Under the pieces are notes generated by a model, which did not search any database, was not told the DNA's origin, and saw only the letters and a list, made by a program, of their open reading frames with translations. The position numbers were made by a program, and so were the translations under genes. This document shows, in pieces, positions 1 to 13,016 of a stretch of DNA of 64,000 nucleotides (the first letter of the stretch is position 1; each line of letters begins with the position of its first letter). The stretch lies in NCBI GenBank assembly GCA_017654855.1, contig CM030338.1:2852001-2916000 (forward strand). Reading direction: 5' to 3'. The stretch is from Podospora anserina. Taxonomy: Eukaryota.

Positions 1-346
1 CGCCGGATTTGAGGGAGAGGGATTGGGGGGTTATGTGCTCTGCTACCCAGTGGGGGTTGCGGGTGCGGCGGTCGTAGGAGGAGATGAAGGAGGTGCGGGA
101 GGCGAGGTCGGAGGTGGGGCCGGGGAAGCCGTAGTCGAAGAGGCCCGAGGGGTTGACGGGGGAGGGGCCGGAGGGGGGTTTGGATGGGGGTTTGGCACCG
201 GGAGCGGCGGCGGCGGGGGAGGGAGAAGAAGGGGCCCTGGGGCCTTCGGGGGAGGAGGAGGAGGACTTGTTGAAGAGGGCGGCTGTGGCTGCTGCTCCGA
301 CTGCTGCGCCGGCGCCGGCGACGATGGCAAAGGTTACTTTTGACAT
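1..346 (-). CDS. NUC1: Mitochondrial nuclease / endonuclease G (N-terminal part; continues beyond window start)
   Basis: Manual translation from ATG at 346: MSKVTFAIVAGAGAAVGAAATAALF...GLFDYGFPGPTSDLASRTSFISSYDRRTRNPHWVAEHITPQSL. The YGFPGP...SYDRRTRNPxWVAEH segment is characteristic of Nuc1/EndoG. Absent from the ORF track because it is truncated. Confidence 0.9.
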   Translation of the reverse strand, partial: MSKVTFAIVAGAGAAVGAAATAALFNKSSSSSPEGPRAPSSPSPAAAAPGAKPPSKPPSGPSPVNPSGLFDYGFPGPTSDLASRTSFISSYDRRTRNPHWVAEHITPQSLSLKSG

Positions 347-1501
347 GGTGGTGTTGTGGTTGAAGAGGTGGCCACACCGCTGAAGAGTGTCTATCAAGGT
401 TGTCTCAGCCTTTGGATGGTGGTGGTGGTGGTGATGGTGGTGGGTGGGCAAGGCTGTCTTGGAAAAAATTCCCGTGATTTGTTGATCGGCAGTAAAAAGA
501 CCCCTGCAAGGCACCGTGGGGTCAGACAGATTCAAGCATTCGACCCCACCGAGCCTCATCGATTGAAGAAGTGGAAGATCATGAATTATCTGTATGGGAG
601 CACAAATGGGATAGAAGCATGGTTCGCATGGGAGTTAATTAGCTCTAGTTACACGATAGTGCCCACGAGGCGATGCTTTTCTGTAGCACAGGCGACACAA
701 TGGCCACGTCGAGACACCTTCTTCAGCAAACCATCAAGGTGCCCGCTGAGGAGTGAGGTCAGCCCTGTTGGTGATTGGCAATGGAGGCTGGGCGGTCAAA
801 GAGACCCTTGTTCCACAGCCATGGCGGGGGATGGGCGCAACTCTCCACGGCGGAGTTTGATGATGATGACGATGATGCCATGGGGTGGGATCTGGATGTA
901 GTGGGGGAGGGAGTTCTGCTTATCTTTCAAATCATTTTTTTTTGTCTCTGCCGCACATATGACACCCGGCACATTGGCCAACAAGCAAGGCCGCCTTATC
1001 GCTTCAAAGAGGGTGTTCGTACGGCCAAGTCATAGATAGAGTATTACCTGCTCGAGTTGGCATTTCTCCGGGGAGCGATCGGAGGCTTAGTCTCGAAGGA
1101 CAGAAAAGAGGAAGGTCGCTTTTTGACAAGTACCGAAAGAAGGCAAAAGGCCATCGAGGTTCTCAAAGCCTACCCACCTTTGCCGCATGACACCCACGAC
1201 AACCTAACTGGGGTTCCTTTTGTTCGCCTCCCGCCCCCCTCGTTTCCTGATACCTTCCATTCATTCCTTTGATTCTGATCCCAACATTGTCGAATGTCAA
1301 TCTTTCTTCGACTGCACCAAATCCGTAATCCAGACACCGGAGCTAGACCTACCGACAGAGAACAACCACCTTGAAAGCCGCGAGTCAGGGTTCCTCGTCC
1401 CCCACAAACCGTTTGCAAAGACCAAAAAAAACAAAAAACAGACACCAACGGACCTAGATAGTATTCGAGCGAGCGAGCGAGCGGACTGCACCCAGTTCAT
1501 C

Positions 1502-3178
1502 ATGGTCCAAGGCGACCTGGACAATGACACGAGGGGATGGATAATGTGTGCGGTGAGCGGTATAGGTGCGTGACGCAATCATTCCCGAGGGCCGTTTGGT
1601 CGTGTAGGACGCCATGCGACGAGCAGTTCTCACCGTTTTGAAGGCGGATTCCTGTCAATTGTTTGTCCACTTCGCTAACCTCGAATTCTCTGTCTAGCAT
1701 GCATCGCGGGCGCTTCAATAATATGCATCGACGTGTTTGTTCGCCTAATACCCGGCCAGCGCGACTTCCGCATCCAAGAGAGCAATGTCTTCCTCGCATG
1801 CTCCCTCAGCTTGAGCTTCGGTGTCATGGTGTTCTCGGCATTGAACAGCATGCTTCCCTCGGCCATGCGCTATCTTCTTAAGGATGAGTGGGACAGGCAA
1901 AAGGCGGGATTACTCATGATGGGGTGCTTTGTTGGGGGCTTCTTTGGCATCCAGCTCATATCACACGTCCTGCACCAGTACCTCCCGTCGCACATAGTGG
2001 AATGTGACCACACACACGAGGAAATCCCCGACGAAGAGTCCCAACTTCACCGGCACCACCACCACTCGAGGGCACATTTGCACCGGCGGCAATCCCGGCG
2101 GCCATCGGGTCCCCCGAGCATGGTGGAAGTCAACGAGGCCACCCCGCTACTACCCACCGAACGAAACGCACACATACAGACTCCAGTGGTAAACGGCAAC
2201 GCCGAGCCCGGGGGGGAGGTCATCACCCACTTCCCCAGCATCGACACCCGCCGACCCTCCGAGTCTAGAAGACCCTCCTTCTTCTCTAAGCGAGTAATGT
2301 CCTTCTTCAAGGACACGAAACCAAACTGCGACGAAGACGGGCCCTGCTTCGGATACACGGACCCCTGTGGACAAGAATGCTTTAAGCACGTTAACGGCCG
2401 CACGGCACTGTCCCGGAACGCCACGATCAAGTCCATCCCCGCGACCATCGCCGAAGACCACGTTGAGTCGGTGACCAGCTCCCACCACCACAGCCATAAC
2501 ATCAGCCGCTCCCATTCCTGTGCCTCTCTCCACGATCACCACCACCACCACCATGGCCATGCCCACGAGGAGTCTAACTCCCACTCCCACTCCCACACCA
2601 CCGACCCCACCGACGCATCCAGCATCTCCTCCTGCTGCTCCCACCCTTCCGAACCAGAAGACAACGACCACCAACAACACCACCACCACGTCCCCACCAA
2701 CGCCTTCCTCGCCATTGGCCTCCAAACCGTCATCGCCATTGCAGTCCACAAGCTCCCAGAGGGTTTCATAACCTACGCAACCAACCACGTGAACTCGGCC
2801 CTCGGATTCAACGTCTTTATGGCTCTTTTTGTTCACAACATTGCCGAGGGGTTTGCCATGTCACTCCCCCTCTACATGGCTCTCGGGTCCCGCTTCAAGG
2901 CCATTGCTTGGTCTTCGCTGTTGGGGGGGTTGTCGCAGCCCCTGGGGGCAAGCATAGCGGTGGTGTGGTTCAAGATTGCGAACAGGCAGCAGCTCGAGAT
3001 CAATGCGACGGCGTACGCGGTTATCTTTGCGGTGACAGCGGGGATTATGACGAGTGTGGGTTTGCAGCTGTTTGCGGAGAGCTTGGGGTTGGGGCATGAC
3101 AGGCGGTTGAGTATTTTTTGGGGGGTGGTGGGGATGGTGGTTTTGGGGGGGTGTAATTCTTTGGTGGAGGGGCATTGA
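1502..3178 (+). CDS. ZIP-family zinc transporter (Zrt3-like); exons 1502-1565, 1698-3178
   Basis: ZIP motifs HKLPEG and HNIAEG, multiple TM segments, long His-rich loop. Intron 1566-1697 (GTGCGT...GCTAAC...TAG) joins MVQGDLDNDTRGWIMCAVSGI to ACIAGASIICIDVFV. Confidence 0.9.
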
Positions 3179-3575
3179 TTTTGGATGTTATTGATTTGTT
3201 TTGAGGATTAGGTAGATGGTTTGGTGGCGTGTGGGTTGAAAGCGATTGCATGTTTTGGAGGTCGGAGTTGGGTGTTTTTGGGATGGGTTATGGGTTGTGA
3301 ATTAGACGTGAGTTTAAAGACGGTTTGGATATGATATATGTATGATGGTGTTTTAGCTAGAAGGAGAACATGATGTGTTACACTCACATGTTTTGGTTTC
3401 ACTAGCTCGGTGTTGAGGAGTGTCAGCGTTAAATGTGAAAGTCTATATCAGGGGACAATGGACGAGATGTGACATCGACGATGATGACCTTCTGTTTGTG
3501 GCTTCGTCATCCTGCAGAGCAGGCGGACATCAAGGCCGATCCTGAGCCATATAAACATCAAACAGCAAAGCACAA

Positions 3576-3647
3576 GCCTGCTTGGCCAAGTGGTAAGGCG
3601 TCGCACTTGTAATGCGAAGAGCACAGGTTCGATTCCTGTAGTAGGCA
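3576..3647 (+). tRNA. tRNA-Thr (anticodon TGT)
   Basis: Cloverleaf: acceptor GCCTGCT/AGTAGGC, D arm TGGCCAAGTGGTAAGGC, anticodon stem TCGCA/TGCGA with loop CTTGTAA, T arm ACAGG-TTCGATT-CCTGT. No intron. Confidence 0.95.
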
Positions 3648-4441
3648 TTCCACAGCATGAGCATTTCTTTTGCCCATCTTTTGGCCCACATACATACATA
3701 CATACATACCACCACATACACCACTTTCTGTTTTCCATCATTATCATCGAAGTTTTGCTTTTTTGCAGCTGGGCTACCATAGGTGTGGATGATGATCGTG
3801 GGTGGAAGGTGTAGAGCTGACAGCTGATAACCACCAAGTACATTGCGCTCCAAGGATGTAGCAATCACGCCAAAAACCTTGCAAAGAGCTACAAGAGATC
3901 TGGCTCTATTCTGTTTACAAAAGCTACACACAGTACCCTTTCTCACCATGTACGATCCCCACATCTCCCATCCCATCCTCACACAGCCCATCACCAAAAA
4001 AAAAATGTAAAACCGAAAGACAAGAGATTCTTTGCTCTTCCACTAGAAACTACAACTCCCCCTCTCCCTATCTTGTACAACCCCTTCGCTCCATCATTCA
4101 CCATCTCACCGGCCCCCCCCCGGCCCCCCCACCCCAACTCTCAATCAAAAAAAATCACAAGCAAAGTAAGTTTAGTCCCCCCTTGCAAAAACAGCCATCC
4201 ATACCTTCGCTGAAAAATTCTTTCCCTTTCCTTCCCCCCTCCCTTCCTCAAGTTCCCACCGAGACAAAAAAGAAAAATAAGAAAAACCACAGACTACAAC
4301 GCCACGACGCCCAAAAAAATCATTTCAACACCAACCCCACCAACCACCGCCATAAAAACCCACATTAGGTAAAAGGAAAAAAAAACCCATACGTTAATAC
4401 AATAAATCCAATTAATCATACCCATTCCCTCTTTGATCTCT

Positions 4442-7400
4442 CTAATCCTCCTCCGTCTGCGCCCTGCTACTTCCCACCCCGCCATTCAATTGGCCGTTTG
4501 ACCCGCTGTTGGACACCAACTTGATTCGCGTCGGTCCGGCTGGAGGGGCAGCCGAGGAAGGCTGAGGCGTGTCACCCGTCAGCGACGGCGCAACAGACGT
4601 GTCCTTGGTAGACCCAGCAGCCGACGAGCTCGCCGGCTCGTCCAACGCGCGCAGGTCAGGGTCTTGGAGCTCCTTTTCGAATTCCGAGATGAAGAATTGC
4701 TGTTTTTTCTCAAATTAGTAACCGTGTCGAGACACAAAAAAAGAAAAGGGGAAGCAAACCTCTATAATCCTAGCGTCCATGCAAATCCCACTCGTCTCCT
4801 CGTTGAAAGTCCTGCAGTTCTTGATCAAAAGATCCAGGTCCCTCCTCATGGCCCCCAGGCTGCCGTACTCCTCCTTCTTCATCTTCTTCTCAATGTCCTT
4901 CATGCAGATCGGGTTCTGGATGATCAGATAGTAATCCGCCCAGTCCCTCTTCGGAGGCAGCTTGACAAACGGCCCGATGATCAGCCTCTTAGCCGGACCA
5001 TCGTCGTCGTCCTTTTCGTCCTCTGGCACCGGCTCGTCGTCGTCCACGGCGAGGTCCATAAGCCCGTCGTAGACCCGCTTGAGGCTCTTCTGCAGCTTCT
5101 CCCTCACGGCGGGAGACATGCCGCCGCCCGATAAGCCGTTGGCACCAAGCGACTTGGTACGTCCCTGTGGTCCACGTCTCTTCTTGGCTGGCGGCTCCTC
5201 GTCGCCCTCTTCCGCCTTGCGCTTCTCCTGGTTTTTGCTGCCCGGCTTGCGGCCCCGCTTCTTGACTGGCGTCTCAACTTCCTCGGTGCTAGCGCGACTG
5301 GCTGATGGGGAGTTCTCGATTGACCCGCCAAGCAGGCCCTTCCTCTTGTTCTCCCGCCTCTCTTTGCGAGCGGCCTTGCGGGCAGCAGCCGCCTCGGGTG
5401 AATCATCGTCGTCGTCAACAGCCATGAGCCATTGCTCCTCCGTGAGCCCATCATCGTACTTAACTTTGGTGCGCTCACGGGCACCACGACCCAAAACAAC
5501 CGCCTCCTCTTCCTCAACCGGGTTACCCTCGGTAAGGTAGATTTCCGGAAGCTCGTTCTCGGCCATGAGACGCGGTACGCCCTTGCAACCTGGTTTCGTA
5601 CCATAGATGGGATCCCGAGACCTCTCCTCATCCATCTTGTGGAAGATGCTCAGCTCGTCGTCATTTCTGGCCAAGATCATGTTGAGCTCCTCATCGTCCA
5701 TCTCTTCTTGCTCACCGCCCTCAGCCATATCCGCCGTCTCTAGCAAAGTCCGCAGCATGGCATCGCGATCCGTCTCGGAAGACTTGTTGTCGAAACGACC
5801 GGCCTGAATGACCTTGCCGTCCATGTCAAGCTTGAATCTGGCACGCTCCAAAATCTTCTCTTCGACCGAGGCGCTGCTGATCAAGCGAAGAATCCTGACC
5901 TCGTTCTTCTGACCGATACGATGGGCACGATCCTGAGCTTGCAAATCCTGGTGAGGATTCCAATCAGAGTCGTAAATGATGACGGTATCGGCGGTCTGCA
6001 GGTTCAGACCCAAACCACCAGCACGGGTGGAGAGCAAAAACATGAAATAGGGCGAGTCGGGTCGGTTGAAGTCGCGGAGCAGATCAGAACGGTCTTCTGA
6101 TTTGGTTGTACCATCGAGGCGCAGGTACTGAATCCCTCGGAAACGCAGGAAATCCTCCATGATATCCATGATGGCGGTCATTTGGAAGAACATCAGAACA
6201 CGATGCCCAGTGGCCTTGTACTTGGGCAGAATCCTGTCGAGAAGCTCAAATTTCCCGGCCGTTCTCCACAGCAAATCGTTGCTGACACTCATGGGGTTCA
6301 TCTGGTTCTCAACTTCATCGAACACAAAGGGGTGGTTGCACAGCTTGCGCAGCTGCATAATCATGTTGCTGAGACCGCGAGCACCAGTCTTGCCACCCTT
6401 GCCGTCGCTGACGAGAATCTTCTGATGGGTAACCATCTGCTTGTAGAGACGAGCCTGCAGGGCGGAGAACTTGCACTTGATGACCTTCTCCGTCTTGTCT
6501 GGGAGATCCTTTTCGACATCCTTCTTGAGACGACGCAGCAAGAAGGGACGCAGAACCTTGTGCAGACGACGAATGACGAGAATCTGTTCTTCTTCCGTGA
6601 GTTCCATCTTGTCCTGGCCACCAGTGTTCGCAAAGGGTGTGTTGAACCAGTCGTCAAAGGTCTTGGCTGACTTGAAGATGTTGGGAAGGACGAAGTTGAG
6701 CATGGCCCACAACTCGGCCAGGTTGTTCTGCAGAGGGGTGCCGGTCAAAATGAGACGGAAACGAGTGCTGTAGTACTGCTGGATGGTGGCGCTGAGCTTG
6801 GAATTCGAGTTCTTCATGCGGTGACCTTCATCGATAATCATGTGGAACCACTTGATCTTGCTGAGCAACGGTCTGTCCTTGATGATGTACTCGTAAGTTG
6901 TGAGCAACACCTGGAACTCGCCGCGGCGAATCTTCTCCTGCTGCAGCTTTCTGGTATTTGGGGGACCCTTGTAAACAATCTTGGAGACAGAGGGCGCCCA
7001 CTTGTCGAACTCCAAGTTCCAGTTGGTAAGTGTACTCAGAGGGACAATGACCAGGTACGGGCCATTCTGGTGCTTCTTCTCGATCAGGTAAGTAACCAAA
7101 CTGATGGTCTGGATGGTCTTTCCGAGACCCATTTCGTCTGCCAGAATGCCGTTGAGGTTGTTGTTGTAGAGCGACAACATCCACTGCAAGCCCTTGATCT
7201 GGTACTCCTTCAACTTGCCACCAACAAGAATGTCAGCCTGGGCTGTGACCTCCTCCTTGACGCGATGGGCAACGGCATAGTAATCAATCTTGCGCGAGCT
7301 TTCTTCATCCTCCTCCTCTGGCTCGCTCTCCTCGGGGATGTCTTCGTTGCCGTAGTTCTGGGCAGCCTGTCGTTGCTGCGCACGGACGGACGAGGCGAGC

Positions 7401-8974
7401 TGATGCAAGAAGCCATCGGTCTGGCGAAGCAAGTGAGTGATGCGGGTATCCTTGGCCTGGTCAAGCAGCTTGAGATACGCCTCTTCATCGTTGGCCTTCA
7501 AAGCCTGCAGACGTTGCTTGGCGGTCCTCTCCATGCGCTTCTGCTCTTCCTTCTCAATGTTGAAATGATGAGCAAACATGAGGCGGTTGAGTTTGGTCGA
7601 GTGGTTACGCTGGGTCTGGGCATTGCCGAGGATTTCATTGCGGTGGGTGAAGACGGCCTGGAAGTACTCGGATTGCTTCTTCTTCTCCTTGTTGATGCGA
7701 GCATCGCGCTGCTGCTTCTCGAGCTTCTCGGTGATGCGGGCCTCGCGAACATTTTGCTTCTTCATCCTGCGGTACGACGCTCTGTTGGTGGTCATGGCGA
7801 GATTGTCGTAGTGCAGCATTTGCTTGCCAATCTTCTCCCTCAGGGCGCGCTGCTTGCTGTACAGCGCTAATGACTTCATCTCAATGATGGCTTTCCGCTT
7901 GAGGGTGTCGTCCGCCTCCAGGCTGTCCTTCGCTGCGTCCCAGTGAGCTAAATTGCCGGGCAGGCTTTTGAGCTCGGCATATCTGGCGCTCATCCGGTTG
8001 AATACAATCTTCTCACGGTCTGTCCTCAGCTGCTCGAAATCGATGCCTGCCGGGAAAACGCCTGGTATTATGAGACGATTCTTCCGACGGGAGTGATCCA
8101 TGTAAGAGATGGTGTTGCGCACGAGGCTCCCATCATAAGGACTCTTGAATGTCTTGTACACCTTAGGATTAGGCACTGAGGGAGTGCTCTCTTGGGCTGG
8201 GGCTGCGCCGTTGGGACCAGACTTGGGGGTGTCCTGTGAAGATACACCGGTGGCGGCGTTGGCGGCGGATATTTGCATCTCCTGTTCAGTGGTAGAAGGC
8301 TGGCGTCTTTGCCGGCGCTCGAACACTGTCTTTTGAAGGTTTGCGGGAATGCCAGCGTTCTTGGATAGCATCTTGAAGGCCAAAATTTGGTCCCGGAGCA
8401 GGGCTAGTTGGTCCTGTGAAAGAGACATCTTGTTCTGTTTTGGTGGTTGGGGAGGCCCAGCAGGGTTGGCCGCCATAGGATTGGCACCCGCCGGTAGAGC
8501 AGAGGCTTCCAGGGCAGTTGATGATGGAGGCGCGGTGGCTTGAGGGGCGCCGGGTTGAGGCATACGGTTGGGCTGTCCCGGCATCACACCGTTGGCGCCG
8601 TTGGCCATTTGCTGCTGTTGCATCTGCATTTGTTGCATCTGCATTTGCTGTTGTCTCTGTTGCTGGTGCATTGCCTGCCGTTGATGTTGCATTTGTGCTT
8701 GTTGCTTCATGATTTCCCACTGTCGTTGCGCCTGGGCGACCATTTGCGATGTCTTGATAAACTCGGGGTCATTGGGAGGAACACCCTGTTGCTTCATCTG
8801 TTGATATTTCTACACGGGGTCAGCACAGGGTCGAATAGATACATTGTACTCTATAGCAGGGGAGCAAAAGGGGATGCGCACATGGTAAAGCTCCTGCATT
8901 TGCTGGGCGCTCATCCCCGAAGGGCCGGCAGACCCAGGGTGCTGGACCGCGGGCGACATCTGAACACTAGCCAT
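4442..8974 (-). CDS. STH1: SWI/SNF-RSC chromatin remodelling ATPase (Sth1/Snf21/Snf2); exons 8974-8882, 8809-4760, 4699-4442
   Basis: QLQ- and HSA-like regions, GILADEMGLGKT, DEGH, QAQDRAHRIGQ, AT-hook (KKRGRKP), C-terminal bromodomain (DYYLIIQNPI...NCRTFNE). Canonical introns 8810-8881 and 4700-4759. Confidence 0.93.
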
Positions 8975-9872
8975 GATATGTCGGCAGTGAGGTCGGGAGG
9001 GGCAACCAAAAGTCAATTCAATTATGTTGCTCCTTTACTGTGCGAGCATATCTGAGTCGCGGTCGCGGAAGTGGAGCCCCGTGGTGGGATGTCGATGGTG
9101 GTGGTGGTGGTGGTCGCGAACAGGGCAGGCAAACGAGTGGCAGCGGGCTCCGTCTCTGTATTGGACACGAAGTAAAGCTGGGTCCAGTGCCGGCCGCGTC
9201 AGAGAGGGCGACCGGGTTGACGACGGAACCGATGACAAACTGATCCGGGGGTGGGGAGTGGGTGTGTTATGTGTGGACAGCGACTGTGTCGATGTGGAAG
9301 CGCGGTGGTTGTCGCGTCGGTGGTGGTGCAACGAGGGTTTGGTGGGTGGGTGGATGGATGTGATAAAAGCGACAAGAAGTGGCCGCGGCTGGTCGGGGCG
9401 TGGTGAAAAAAGAGAAAGACGCGAAAAGTTGCGGGGGACGGTGTGGGTGTCGTGTGGTCGTTGGTGGGAACAGCGCGTCCCGTGTTTTGTCGGCGATTTC
9501 ACGATGGCCTCGATGGATCGCAAAGGTAGATTGGTGATTTTTTTGATGCGCGCCGTCACCCCTTGAGTGATGGAGAGGTTGAAGCAAAGAGCCGAGAAAG
9601 ATTGAATGGCGCGCGGGCGATGGTGGCCCCGTGCTCAAGGCTCCCTGCGCAATTTTTAGTACGCCCCGGCTTACCTAATAGCTGCCGTGCCGCCCCTGTT
9701 TTCAGTCGGAGCACTGCCACCCCATGCCACTTGCCGTTTCCGGCCACACGCAACCCTGTCACGATTCCTCAGGGTTATGAGTGAGAGCAACAATCAATTA
9801 ATTCACTTGGTATCTGACTATTCAATGTACAGTCTCAAACAATGCTCATAAATCATCATGCTCCCCATCTCT

Positions 9873-11621
9873 TCACCTCTTGACCCTCTTCCTATCCGGC
9901 CCCTCCTCCCCCTCCCCATCACTCGTCTCAGCATACTGCGTCACCGGCTGCGTCTTTGCCCACGCATTGGTAAACATGGGATCCTTCTTGGCAGCATCTG
10001 CGTATTTCAGCAGTGCTTCTCTCGGATCCTCGTGCAACATCTTGCTCAGTGGGATATTCTCCGAAATATGCTTTGCGTCTGGCTGACTGCGCATAAACGG
10101 TGTGATGGTCTGCATCTGAGGTCTCATCGGGTCTCTCGACTTTCCGGACGCCGTAACACCACCCCGTTTGGTTCCTCCCAGAGCCCCTGGTGCCACGATG
10201 GCATCTCCAGAAATACCCGAGCTTTGATCCATGATGGCGGAGGGGTCATCGTCGATGTGCCGCACCTTCGGGGCCCGGGACATGACCTCGAGGGCACCGC
10301 GATGGGATTTTTCTGGGTTGTAGAGAACATGTGTCTCGGAGTTGGCAGAGCCCGTGATGATTTGGTTGAGCCTCTCGTGCCAGTCTACCACAATGAGCGG
10401 GACACCGGGTGTGATAGGTGTGACGTGCTCTGGCCTGAGGTTTCCGGGGTTCAAGATGTGAAGATGCCCTGATGCCGAACCAGCGATGATGGACGAGGAA
10501 TCTGGCGAGTATTTGATGTTGGACATGGGGTAACGGTCAGAGGTGGAAGGGTGCTCAACCTTGACCAGCGGCTGCTTGAACTTGCGTGTGTCCCACAGCT
10601 TGATCAGCCCATCACCGCCCCGAGTAACCACCATCCGTCCGTCGGAACTGATATCAATACCGCCCGTCCATGTATCGGCCTTGTGCGCATCTCTGATTTC
10701 CGCCGCTGGTCGTGAGAATGGCCCGTTTCCACTGTACATGACCAAGGACCCATCCAGCGCAGCAGAGACGATGACCGGCGCCCCCCCTGATGGTGGAGCG
10801 CCCCATGCCACCGCCGTCATCCTTGTCCGCCCAGCACACCCAGGTGCTTTAGATTTGAAGACAATAACCTCCTTCTGACTCCGCTTGTTGTTGACGTCCC
10901 ATATTCTCAATGTGCTGTCAGAACCTGTCGTGATGCAGAAATTCTGATCGGTCGGATGCCATGTCCCAGTCGTGACCTCGCCCACATGGCCTTTGGTGTG
11001 GTTCATGTCGCGCAGGTACATATCCCCCTTGACAAACTCGGTCAAGACATCGCCATCCCTCGACATAATCTTGGCTTGTGGATGCGCAGTGACACACAAG
11101 AATGCGCCGCCCGAATGCCGACTAAACTCGATATGCTGGATCGGATGGGAATCTGTCGAGCCCGACTTGTTGCTCCCCCACGGGTCCACACTCTTGAACG
11201 CTCTCAGGGTCGTCGGCGTCATGGACGAAAAATCGTGAAACTTGATGGTGCCATCGAGTGACCCGGTCAGCATGCGCGCGCCAGCTGGATCGAGCGCGAT
11301 GCTGGTGACGGCGCGGTCGTGGGTGGTAAAGACAACCTCGTGGCTGACTGGGAATCTTGCGGCTTCGTCTTCTTCGTCAGACTCGGAGTCATCATCATCG
11401 TCGTCAGAATCGCTGTTACTGTCCGAGTCAGAAGCGGCCTTCTTCTCTTTTTTTTCCTTCTGTGGTATCTCGACCTTTCTTCTTGTCTGCTCTATTTGCG
11501 CCGCAATGTTTGCTTCTTTGGATGTCTTGCCAAACGACGTCGGCATGAAGTTGCGCATGGGATCATTAGGAGCCAACTCGGGCTCCTGGACCCAGTAGTC
11601 GTCGCTGTCGCTGTCGGCCAT
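9873..11621 (-). CDS. WDR70: WD40-repeat protein, WDR70/Gad-1 family
   Basis: 582-aa ORF with WD repeats, the KGDMYLRDMNHTKGH motif and C-terminal EDPREALLKYA, typical of WDR70. Confidence 0.85.
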   Translation of the reverse strand: MADSDSDDYWVQEPELAPNDPMRNFMPTSFGKTSKEANIAAQIEQTRRKVEIPQKEKKEKKAASDSDSNSDSDDDDDDSESDEEDEAARFPVSHEVVFTTHDRAVTSIALDPAGARMLTGSLDGTIKFHDFSSMTPTTLRAFKSVDPWGSNKSGSTDSHPIQHIEFSRHSGGAFLCVTAHPQAKIMSRDGDVLTEFVKGDMYLRDMNHTKGHVGEVTTGTWHPTDQNFCITTGSDSTLRIWDVNNKRSQKEVIVFKSKAPGCAGRTRMTAVAWGAPPSGGAPVIVSAALDGSLVMYSGNGPFSRPAAEIRDAHKADTWTGGIDISSDGRMVVTRGGDGLIKLWDTRKFKQPLVKVEHPSTSDRYPMSNIKYSPDSSSIIAGSASGHLHILNPGNLRPEHVTPITPGVPLIVVDWHERLNQIITGSANSETHVLYNPEKSHRGALEVMSRAPKVRHIDDDPSAIMDQSSGISGDAIVAPGALGGTKRGGVTASGKSRDPMRPQMQTITPFMRSQPDAKHISENIPLSKMLHEDPREALLKYADAAKKDPMFTNAWAKTQPVTQYAETSDGEGEEGPDRKRVKR

Positions 11622-11975
11622 TTCTGGGCTGTAGTTGGGCTTAGCTAGGGTGGAAGAGCTGGGGATGTGAGGACCAAGTGTGACGTCGAAAGCGAGGGGT
11701 GCTGGATGTTAAAATCTAACCGTTCAAGTTGGACCGTGTCTGACAACGTCTTGGCGCGTTTGTCGCCAAGTCTTAGCGTCTGGGGTGCCAGGTTGGCGGG
11801 AGCACCCGCGATCCGATCTCAAAATGCCAAGCGATCTTGATCATGTCGACATTCAGGGGTTGGTTGGGTTTCGCTTTTTAATCTTGTCTTATCTGTCTTT
11901 AAGTCTGTTGATTTTGTTTGCTGCGAACACACTATCTTGCTCTTTACTTGGGTACAAAGCCTTTCACCGCTTGTC

Positions 11976-13016
11976 TTAGGCAGCAGCAGTAACAGTCTGG
12001 GTCTGCTCAGCCTGCTTCTTCAACCCCTCCAGTCTCTTCAACTCCTCCAGTCTCATCTGCTCCTGGATTTTGACCCTGAGCGGAGTCACTGCTTCTCTCG
12101 GCCCAGTAATCTTCCACCCCGGCAGCCTATCCTTCCCCAGCGCCTTCAACGTAACCTTCTCCACAAGACTGTACTCCTCCTCATTGTCCCGGTCAAAGTT
12201 CATCGGCTCCTTCAACGCAATAGGTGGGTTGGTGATGATTCTCACTCTCCTGAGCGAGTTATCCGACGGCGCATGGAGCATGAGAGGGTGCATCAGATAC
12301 ACATCCCCCACTTTGCCGGTTGCCTCGACAAACGCCCCCGGTTCGCCAGCACAGCTCTTGGCGCAGTTGTTGAACCAGTCCAGGTTCTCTTGCTGGTTGA
12401 AGTTTGGTGCGCCACGGGGCTCCATTCTTGGGCAGACACCGGCTGGGTTCTCGTACAGGTGCTTTGCGATCTTGGGGATGGCAGGAGGGCAGATGTAGGT
12501 TCCACCACCGTGATGCTCGATATCTGTGAACAGGGGTGTGACAAGCAAACCCTGCTCTCTGCTGTCGAGGTAGTGTACGAAAAAGTCCCCATCGACATGC
12601 CACTCGGGAAAGTTTTCGGGAGGGACAGGCTTGTTTTCTCCTTCTGGGGTTCCAAGGTTGACGATGAGGGAGTCCTTCCAGTACTTGAATGCTGGGTCGA
12701 TGCGGTCCTCCCCGCCGCAGATCTCGCAGATGGCTGCCCAGGCCTTGGGGGCAAAGGTGGACGAGTCAAAGTCAAAATGAGAGGGCATGTTGGTGCGGAG
12801 GGTGTGCCATGTTGATTTGTCGTTGGGGTCCATGCCCAGGCGAGTCCACACGTTGGAAGTTATGGTCTCTGCTTGCTCTCTGGTGAAGCAGTTCTCGATT
12901 CTATAGAGGAAGGAGTTAGGAATGAACGGGCCAAGTAGAAAGGACATGGCAATGGCTTACTTGACCCAGCCATGCTGGAGGAAGTGCTCCTTTTGTTCGG
13001 GCGTGAGGGCTGACAT
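11976..13016 (-). CDS. Fe(II)/2-oxoglutarate dioxygenase, PhyH-like; exons 13016-12961, 12900-11976
   Basis: N-terminus LTPEQKEHFLQHGWVKIENCF, HxD (WHVDGD), distal His (GDVYLMHPLMLHA) and a downstream Arg. Intron 12901-12960 GTAAGC...CTAAC...TAG. Confidence 0.72.

Noticed and set aside
6821..7870. Long antisense ORFs (also 24138-25502, 62356-63207, 11937-12815, 54952-55767)
   Set aside because: Shadows of codon-biased conserved genes on the opposite strand.
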